DNA of 64,000 nt from a candidate division FCPU426 bacterium (lineage in GTDB: Bacteria; Oederibacteriota; Muellerivitia; Muellerivitales; Muellerivitaceae), in the NCBI GenBank assembly GCA_963796105.1, contig CAWCKJ010000003.1, forward strand, positions 608,001 to 672,000, read 5' to 3'. This document shows positions 53,373-60,308 of the stretch, piece after piece (position 1 is the first letter of the stretch; the number at the start of each line of letters is the position of its first letter). The translations under genes were made by a program, and so were the position numbers. The notes below the pieces were generated by a model. It saw only the letters and a list, made by a program, of their open reading frames with translations. It was not told the DNA's origin and made no database searches.

Positions 53373-54668
53373 TCAATTACCCTTTATTTCAATTAGGCTT
53401 TCCTCGGCTGATTTCACGATCTTTTTCAAATGTTCTCTGGTCAAGGCGGTTGAAAGGAACCAGCACTCGAATTGGGAGGGGGGGAGGTAAATTCCCCTCT
53501 CGAGCATGGCCCAGAAAAACTTGGCGTATTTCCCCCTGTCGGATTCCTTGGCTTGGGCGTAATTCTCAACCGGCGCTTCCCTGAAAAACAACGTGGACAT
53601 GCTACCCACCCTTTGGTAAACCGCCTCAGTCCCGGTCTTGAGGATGGCGGCGGCGATTCCCTTTTCTAGGAACGAGGATATTTCCTCCAAATAGGCGTGC
53701 TTGTTGCGTTGGGCCAGGGATTTAAGCGTGGCGATTCCCGCCGCCATGCAGACCGGGTTTCCCGAGAGGGTCCCAGCCTGGTAAACAGGGCCTTCCGGGG
53801 AGATCTTGGACATCAGGTCTTCCCTGCCCCCGTAAGCCCCGACAGGTAGCCCGCCCCCGATAATTTTGCCTAGCGTCGTAAGATCGGGTTTGATGCCGTA
53901 GAGTTCCTGGGCCCCGCCATATGCCACCCGGAATCCCACCATGACCTCATCAAAGATCAATATCGAACCGTTTTTTAATGTCAAATCCCGAAGGCCTTGG
54001 AGAAATCCCGGTTTGGGAGGAACCAGACCCATGTTCCCCGCGACCGGCTCCACGATGACCGCCCCGATATCCTTGAAATTGGAAAATGCCTTCTCTACCG
54101 CCGTAAGGTCGTTGTAAGGAAGGCTCAAGGTCAGGGCCGCCAATTCGGCTGGAACACCCGGACTGTCGGGAAGCCCCAGAGTGGCAGGTCCGCTCCCCGC
54201 CGCGACCAGGAGGCTGTCCCCATGGCCGTGGTAACAACCGTCAAACTTGATGATCCTGTTTTTCCCCGTCGCGGCCCGGGCCAGCCGGATGGCGCTGAAG
54301 ACGGCTTCCGTGCCGGAACTGACGAAGCGCACTTTCGCGATGGAGGGATAGGCCTTCTTCACCAGGACCGCCAGGTTGTTTTCCAGGGGGGATGGCGCGC
54401 CGAAAGAGAATCCCTTTTTCAAAGCCTTCTGGGCGGCCTTGAATACCGGCCCTGGAACGTGCCCCAGGATCATGGGTCCCCAGGACCCGACCAAATCAAA
54501 ATAGCGGTTCCCATCCACGTCCATTAGGAAGGGGCCCTTGCCCCGGTTGAAGAATAGGGGCGTTCCACCCACCCCCTGAAAAGCCCTGACCGGGCTGTTC
54601 ACTCCCCCCACCAGGTTTTTCTTGGCCTGTTCGAAAAGCTTCATCGATTTATTGAATTTTTTTGGCAT
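53373..54668 (-). CDS. hemL: Glutamate-1-semialdehyde 2,1-aminomutase
   Basis: GGVNSPVRAF, SSGTEA, GCYHGH, FDEVM.GFR, GKIIGGGLP, YQAGTLSGNP. Confidence 0.97.
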   Translation of the reverse strand: MPKKFNKSMKLFEQAKKNLVGGVNSPVRAFQGVGGTPLFFNRGKGPFLMDVDGNRYFDLVGSWGPMILGHVPGPVFKAAQKALKKGFSFGAPSPLENNLAVLVKKAYPSIAKVRFVSSGTEAVFSAIRLARAATGKNRIIKFDGCYHGHGDSLLVAAGSGPATLGLPDSPGVPAELAALTLSLPYNDLTAVEKAFSNFKDIGAVIVEPVAGNMGLVPPKPGFLQGLRDLTLKNGSILIFDEVMVGFRVAYGGAQELYGIKPDLTTLGKIIGGGLPVGAYGGREDLMSKISPEGPVYQAGTLSGNPVCMAAGIATLKSLAQRNKHAYLEEISSFLEKGIAAAILKTGTEAVYQRVGSMSTLFFREAPVENYAQAKESDRGKYAKFFWAMLERGIYLPPSQFECWFLSTALTREHLKKIVKSAEESLIEIKGN

Positions 54669-54789
54669 TAACCAATAACCGCTCATTCTTAGGGGATGTA
54701 AAGACGCGATACTCGTGAGTTAGTTTAACCGAACCGGAATCCCATAACAACGAAAGGAGGGTTAAACATGGAGCCCCATGAGCATCTGG

Positions 54790-54946
54790 CTACGCAAAAG
54801 CTTCGTCAAATAAGCATCCGCAGCCTGTCCTCCCATCACTTCGGCGAACATCCACCGTAGCCCTATGGCATTCAACCGCGGCCATAGCCCGTGGCTTGCC
54901 CTCAATAGCTTTAACGAAATAGAGGGATACTCTGGCAAAGGCGGAT
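54790..54946. repeat. Structured intergenic element, copy 2
   Basis: Colinear with 43974-44118, same orientation. Confidence 0.8.
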
Positions 54947-54949
54947 AGG

Positions 54950-55584
54950 GGGCAGGAGGATGAAAATTCAGGTGTGAGCCAGCCATCGGTTGCTGAGGCA
55001 ACACTGAATAAATCGAACGGGCTCGTGCCATTTGAGCCACCGTCATACCCTCCACCCGCACAGGTAACTTCATAATTGGAATTATTTGAATAGACTTGGT
55101 CAGCCAAATCGGTGATGAAATTAGTAAAGTTAGTCTTATCGCTTGAGTACATTCCTTCAAAATCAATATTAACGCCCTGATATCCATATGTTTTAAAATC
55201 TTTTAAGATTTGAGTAATCACGTTTTGATAGAAGGCAGGATTACTTAATACTGAATGCATAACAGACGGGTCAAAGCTATAAACGCACATAATTGGTCTA
55301 ACACAATTACTTTCTGCCGCTGAAATAAAGTCAGTTTGTGGAGAGGCATTCAAGGTACCGTTCGAATTAAGTGGAAAATCGAAGTCGACGGCGTGTGTTA
55401 ACTTATCCCACTGTATTAAGGAATAATCGTATCCAGATTGATAAAATCCGTATTCAACTCCATTGACACTAAGTTGAGCAATAGAGTGGGCAGGAAGGAA
55501 AAATAGAAAAGAAAAAGAAACCGTCCACATATATTTTCTGGGCCAAAAGTGGCTTATGAAAAAATTTCTTTGAGTCTCGAGCAT
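54950..55584 (-). pseudogene. Truncated exported GH18 (chitinase-like) domain gene; the ORF reads on into the repeat and stops at 54790
   Basis: WDKLTH, YGYQGVNIDFEG (DxxDxDxE-like); the fold stops after about 200 aa and the last ~55 codons are repeat DNA. Confidence 0.65.
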
Positions 55585-55631
55585 TTTTTATCAATACTCT
55601 CTTTTGTATGAAATACAAAAACGATGAATTA

Positions 55632-56543
55632 TTATGGTCTTCTGACGTTCCCATTTTTTATTGGGATAACAGTTTGAATTGACATGTTGGTTTTGTGTCC
55701 ATATGCTCCAACACAAGCAACCCCGAAATAATAAATTTTTCCATTTTGCAGAAATCTAATGGTGATTTTTGTTTTTTTAAAAGGTTTTTTAATTTGCCTT
55801 TCGTATTTTATTCCGTCTTTCGAAACAAAAAGTACGTAGCTTTGAGCCTTTGGCATTGGATCCCAAGTTAGATAGGCCTCACTATCACCAGCTTCTATTT
55901 TGAGATTTGTAGGTGGGTCAGGTTGGGGTTCGGGGTTTTTGATCCCCCCGGGTGTTCCTTGAATAATATATTTTTGTTTCTTGCGCCATTTTGCATATTC
56001 TTCACTTTTTGGATCAGGTGGAGCAGCATTAGTTTGAATCCACTTAGGTGTAAGCTCAATAGCCCATTTGGGTGTAACCGATAGTTTTTTGGGAACCACT
56101 GATTGAACTGTCATTCCACTCTTTTGCCCGTCAAAGCCTAGAGAAGCTACAGCATAGTAGTATTTTTTTCCATTCTCCAATTTAACAACATTTGCTTCAT
56201 TAAAAACGTCTGCATTCGAATTTGGAAACTGAAGATTAAAATCCTTTCCATCTTCCGAAACATAAATCAAGTAAGCTCTTGCATTTGGCATTTTATCCCA
56301 AGACAAATGGGCACATTCATCCCCTGGTTCAATCGCGAAATTAGTGGGAGGAGCCGGAACAGTTCCAGGGGTCGGCAAAGCAATTAGTGTTTCTATTGAA
56401 GTGGGATTAGAATTTTGTGTTTGTCCTTGCGTTGGATACACGAATCCGGCTGAAAGAGAAAAACATAAAATTGAGAAAAAACCACGGTAAACCATTTTGC
56501 CTAACCAATTAGTTGAAACTTGGTTTCTATTTTCTTTTTTCAT
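55632..56543 (-). CDS. Exported protein with two fibronectin type III-like domains
   Basis: PAPPTNF..GD..AHLSWD...LENGKKYYYAV and PDPPTNL..GD..AYLTWD...LQNGKIYYFGV; GGAGG SD. Confidence 0.85.
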   Translation of the reverse strand: MKKENRNQVSTNWLGKMVYRGFFSILCFSLSAGFVYPTQGQTQNSNPTSIETLIALPTPGTVPAPPTNFAIEPGDECAHLSWDKMPNARAYLIYVSEDGKDFNLQFPNSNADVFNEANVVKLENGKKYYYAVASLGFDGQKSGMTVQSVVPKKLSVTPKWAIELTPKWIQTNAAPPDPKSEEYAKWRKKQKYIIQGTPGGIKNPEPQPDPPTNLKIEAGDSEAYLTWDPMPKAQSYVLFVSKDGIKYERQIKKPFKKTKITIRFLQNGKIYYFGVACVGAYGHKTNMSIQTVIPIKNGNVRRP

Positions 56544-56917
56544 GCAAGCCTCCGAAGGTTTCTTGATCTGTCAAGGTTCTCAAATTGCGAAATGGAAGTA
56601 AGGTAAAATTATTATTGTGAAGGAACAAAGCTTTACCAGTTGGTTGGACTGAATAGTTAGATTCAAACGATTTTAGAAATTTCACTTAATATGCCTCCCT
56701 GCTATTGATTGGTGAGTGGAGGGTGTGGATTGAATAACTTTTTGAAAACATCTATTGCTGAAAAGATTGCCTAAAATCGATAGAGGCACTCTAAATCTGG
56801 CGGGTCATCTATTCAACAAAAATGGAGGTAAAATATATTTTGATCTTTAAATGCACCACTGATTGTGTGAAGTGTTTTGACACCCCAAAATTGGAAAACG
56901 AAGATGTAAACAAACAA

Positions 56918-57957
56918 AGGGGTCAGGCCATCATTCATCACTTTACAAATGGTGTGAGTTGTTTACAATGTCCTAATGCCAAGACCTAAACGGATCCATT
57001 ATGAAGGGGCGGTTTACCATGTAACCTCGCGCGGTAATGAACGGCGAAAGATTGTTATGAATGACGCCGACCGCTGGATGTTTATTCGGTTATTGGGGGA
57101 AATGGTTGAAGAGAATGGTGTGTTATGTCACGCTTGGGTGTTGATGGATAATCATTACCATTTGATGCTGGAAACCCCAAGCGCGAATTTATCAGCAGCC
57201 ATGAAACATTTAAACGCCCAATACACACAAAAATTCAATAAAAAGCATTATCGGAACGGGCATTTGTTCCAGGGGCGGTATAAGGCCATTATTGTGGAGA
57301 AAGACAGTTATTTAAAGGAATTAAGCCGGTATGTGGTATTGAATCCGGTAAGGGCCCGGATGGTAAAACACCCCAAAGACTGGAAGTGGAGTAGTTACCG
57401 GGCGACAGCGGGATTTGATAGGGCGGAAAAATGGCTGAAAGTGGACTGGTTATTAGGGCAGTTTGGTAAGGAAAGAAAAAAGGCGCAAAAATCATACAGG
57501 ACTTTTGTGGAAGAGGGGATGGGGAAGAAAGAAAAGCCTTGGGATGATTTGTATTCGCGTATATACCTGGGTGGTAAGGAGTTTTTGGACAAGGTTCACG
57601 AAGTAGGGCAACGTCACAAACATTTGGATGTACCGAAATACCAGAAACACGTGGTAAAGCAAGATCCGAAAGAAGTGTTGGAGAAAGTAGGAAGAATGTA
57701 TGGTGAAAAACCGGAGGAAATATTGAGGGCAGGCAAAAGGGAGTCGGAAGCCCGGGATATGGCGATATATTTATTAAAGAGAAAATCAGGAATGAGTTCC
57801 AAGGCGATAGGAATGAAGATGGGGGTGGGGGAAAGCGCGGTGGGAAACCGATTGATGAAGATCAAAAAAAGGTTGGCGGAAGACGAAAAGTTTGCACAAA
57901 AGCTGATAAAGTGATGAATGATCACTGCCACACGCTGCGGAGCGTGTGGCCTGACCC
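56918..57957 (+). mobile_element. RAYT-type element delimited by inverted repeats
   Basis: Left GGGGTCAGGCCATCATTCATCACTTTA (56918-56945); right TAAAGTGATGAATGAT[insert]TGGCCTGACCCC (57907-57958). Confidence 0.8.
56976..57914 (+). CDS. HUH/Y1 tyrosine transposase (REP-associated, RAYT-like) with a C-terminal DnaA-C-like helix-turn-helix
   Basis: MPRPKR, YHVTSRGN, VLMDNHYHL, LFQGRY, YVVLNPVRA, WKWSSY; C-terminal ARDMAIYLL...IG. Confidence 0.92.
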   Translation: MPRPKRIHYEGAVYHVTSRGNERRKIVMNDADRWMFIRLLGEMVEENGVLCHAWVLMDNHYHLMLETPSANLSAAMKHLNAQYTQKFNKKHYRNGHLFQGRYKAIIVEKDSYLKELSRYVVLNPVRARMVKHPKDWKWSSYRATAGFDRAEKWLKVDWLLGQFGKERKKAQKSYRTFVEEGMGKKEKPWDDLYSRIYLGGKEFLDKVHEVGQRHKHLDVPKYQKHVVKQDPKEVLEKVGRMYGEKPEEILRAGKRESEARDMAIYLLKRKSGMSSKAIGMKMGVGESAVGNRLMKIKKRLAEDEKFAQKLIK

Positions 57958-57964
57958 CTATGTT

Positions 57965-58472
57965 TTGGAACTCTGGAACTCCTGGAACCGGCCTGGAACC
58001 ACGACACCCGGGAAACTTGGAACTCTGGAACTCCAGGAACTGGCCTGGAACCACGACACCCGGGAAACTTGGAACTCTGGAACTCCTGGAACTGGCTTGG
58101 AACCACGACACCCGGGAAACTTGGAACTCTGGAACTCCTGGAACTGGCTTGGAACCGCGGGAACCCGGGATTCTTGGAACCTTGGAACTGGCTTGGAACC
58201 ACGTAAATCCGGGGTTCTTAGAACCTTGGAACTTTGGAACCGCCTTGGAACCACGGAAATCCGGGGTTCCTGGAACCTTGGAACTTTGGAACCGCCTTGG
58301 AACCACGGAAACTCGGGATTCTTGGAACCTTGTAACTTTGGAACTGGCTTGGAACCATGGAAATCCGTGGTTCTTGGAACCTTGGAACTTTGGAACCGCC
58401 TTGGAACCACGGAAACTCGGGATTCTTGGAACCTTGTAACTTTGGAACTGGCTTGGAACCACGGGAACTCGA
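57965..58472. repeat. Tandem array of ten ~52-bp units built from TGGAAC sub-repeats
   Basis: GGAACCAC-type anchor at 57995, 58047, 58099, 58151, 58195, 58247, 58299, 58351, 58403, 58455. Confidence 0.95.
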
Positions 58473-58545
58473 GAACTGGACGGTAAGCAGGTAAGTCGGT
58501 AAGCCAGGCGGTAAACCTGGCATTGGACGACGGAAACCCGACCGG

Positions 58546-58737
58546 CCATGCCGGTTGCTGAAACCCCCATGCCGGTAGTTGAAACCCTCATGCCGGTAGC
58601 CCATCCCCGCCATGCCGGTAGGCGACGGACCATGCCAGCAGGGATGCCAGCGCATGCCAACAGGCATTCCGGCCTCTGCCAGCAGGGACCCCGGTCTATG
58701 CCAGCAGGAATACTGGCCATGCCAGCAAGGATTCCGG
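58546..58737. repeat. 20-22-bp period array with TGCCRGYAG core, left part (9 units)
   Basis: TGCC at 58549, 58570, 58591, 58613, 58633, 58655, 58677, 58699, 58720. Confidence 0.9.
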
Positions 58738-58828
58738 TGGAACGCGCCCTACAAGTTGGACAGTTGAAGCAAAAAATAGAGAATAGGGAAACGGCTCAAG
58801 GGGTAACCCCCCAAAGGAGCATTTCCAA

Positions 58829-59176
58829 ATGGGTAAAATAAGACGGAAGTTCAGTATTGATTTCAAAGAACAAGTCGTCCACGAGGTAGAAACTGGCCTA
58901 TCGCTCAATGAAGCTGCTCGTCAATACCAGCTCAATCCAAGCGTTATAACCCGTTGGCGCGATAAATATCGCCAAGGAACCTTGGTTGAAAAACCTTCCC
59001 TTCACGAAAAAATATTGGAAAAAGAGAATGAGAAACTCAAAGCCAAGATTGGGGAATTGATCATGGCGATAGACCTTTTAAAAAAATTCCAAAAATACGC
59101 GGAAAACCAGAGAAAGCTCGATACCTCCGTGATCACCTCAAGGAATTTGGCTCAATTTCAAGAGGATGCCAAATGA
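58829..59176 (+). CDS. IS3 OrfA (HTH and leucine zipper)
   Basis: RRKFSIDFK, AARQYQL..SVITRW, ENEKLK; AAGGAG SD. Confidence 0.92.
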   Translation: MGKIRRKFSIDFKEQVVHEVETGLSLNEAARQYQLNPSVITRWRDKYRQGTLVEKPSLHEKILEKENEKLKAKIGELIMAIDLLKKFQKYAENQRKLDTSVITSRNLAQFQEDAK

Positions 59177-60009
59177 TGGGGCTTCCTCGAAGTACCTATT
59201 ATTCTGCACTTAAAAGTGAACCGGAGATTCAGGAACAAAGAGATTTGGACTTAAAGAACCGAATCGAGCAGGTGAGATTGACCTTCCCCTACTACGGCTA
59301 TCGGAGGCTCTACCACCACTTTTTACGGGAGGGATTAAGGATTAACGCCAAACGGATTCGGCGGGTGGTAAGGAAATACGGTCTTTACCCTATTATTTGG
59401 GGGAAAAGGTTCAAGATCCAAACCACCCAATCCAATCACGACCTGCCGGTGTTCCCCAACCTCTTGGAAAGGGTGGCAGAAACTGCTGTCAATCAAGTGT
59501 GGGTGGCGGATATTACCTATATCCGAATCCTCACTTGCTTTGTTTATCTGGCGGCCATTCTGGATCGTTTTTCCAGAAAGGTGATCGGGTGGGCGGTTTC
59601 CAAGAGACTGGATCGGGAGTTGTCGCTTTCGGCTTTACGCATGGCTTTAGAGGAAAGGAATCCTCTTCCGGGATGCATCCACCATTCAGACAGAGGGGTG
59701 CAATATGCCTGCTGGGATTACGTGGCCCTGCTTGAGTCCAAAGGATTAAGGATCAGCATGTCCAGGACAGGCAACCCTTACGACAATGCAAATGCGGAAT
59801 CCTTTTTCAAAACCTTGAAATATGAGGAGGTGCATCTATTCAATTACGAAACTTATCAGGAAGTGCTTCAAAGACTTCCATACTTCATCGAGGAGGTGTA
59901 TAACAAAAAACGGTTGCATTCTTCTATCGGCTACATGCCGCCTGAGGAGTTCGAGGCTTTAAAGTCACTCAAACCAATCGCCGGAAAACCTATTCTCAAC
60001 TTGGAGTAA
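59173..60009 (+). CDS. IS3 OrfB, DDE integrase core (-1 frame, open back to the A7 run at 59080-59086)
   Basis: YGYRR, WVADITY, HHSDRGVQY, DNANAESFF, YNKKRLHSSIGY. Confidence 0.95.
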   Translation: MMGLPRSTYYSALKSEPEIQEQRDLDLKNRIEQVRLTFPYYGYRRLYHHFLREGLRINAKRIRRVVRKYGLYPIIWGKRFKIQTTQSNHDLPVFPNLLERVAETAVNQVWVADITYIRILTCFVYLAAILDRFSRKVIGWAVSKRLDRELSLSALRMALEERNPLPGCIHHSDRGVQYACWDYVALLESKGLRISMSRTGNPYDNANAESFFKTLKYEEVHLFNYETYQEVLQRLPYFIEEVYNKKRLHSSIGYMPPEEFEALKSLKPIAGKPILNLE

Positions 60010-60038
60010 AAACTGTCCAAGGTTTGGGGCGCACACCA

Positions 60039-60149
60039 CGGCTTATGCCAGCAGTACCCAGGTTTATGCCAGCAGAAACACCGCCCATGCCAGCAGGGAA
60101 TCCGGCGTCTGCCAGCAGGAAAACCGAACCTGCCAGCAGGTACCCCGGT
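60039..60149. repeat. 20-22-bp period array with TGCCAGCAG core, right part (5 units)
   Basis: TGCCAGCAG at 60046, 60067, 60088, 60110, 60131. Confidence 0.9.
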
Positions 60150-60308
60150 TTAATTACAGCTGTTTAGTGGATTTATTACATTGCGGCAAAACCAGGATAA
60201 GATTTAGTCCGTTTCTTGGGATTTCTTGGGATCTTGAAGGGAAAATTGCTTTAGTTTTGCTCTACTTGCCCTCGAACCGATTACAATAACTGTCCCTTTT
60301 AAATAAAT

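Larger units (their letters stand above)
58738..60038 (+). mobile_element. IS3-family insertion sequence, 1301 bp, 3-bp target duplication CGG
   Basis: IRL TGGAACGCGCCCTACAAGTTGGACAGTT and IRR (reverse complement) TGGTGTGCGCCCCAAACCTTGGACAGTT; CGG at 58735-58737 and 60039-60041. Confidence 0.95.

Noticed and set aside
57614..58841. Long overlapping ORFs across the repeat arrays (e.g. 57614-58720, 57911-58486)
   Set aside because: Stop-poor repeat DNA opens most frames; unit lengths are not multiples of 3 and no clear RBS or domain is seen.
57965..60149. CRISPR array
   Set aside because: The variable parts of the 52-bp units are related and repeated, spacers of the short array are only about 12 nt, and no cas gene is present.
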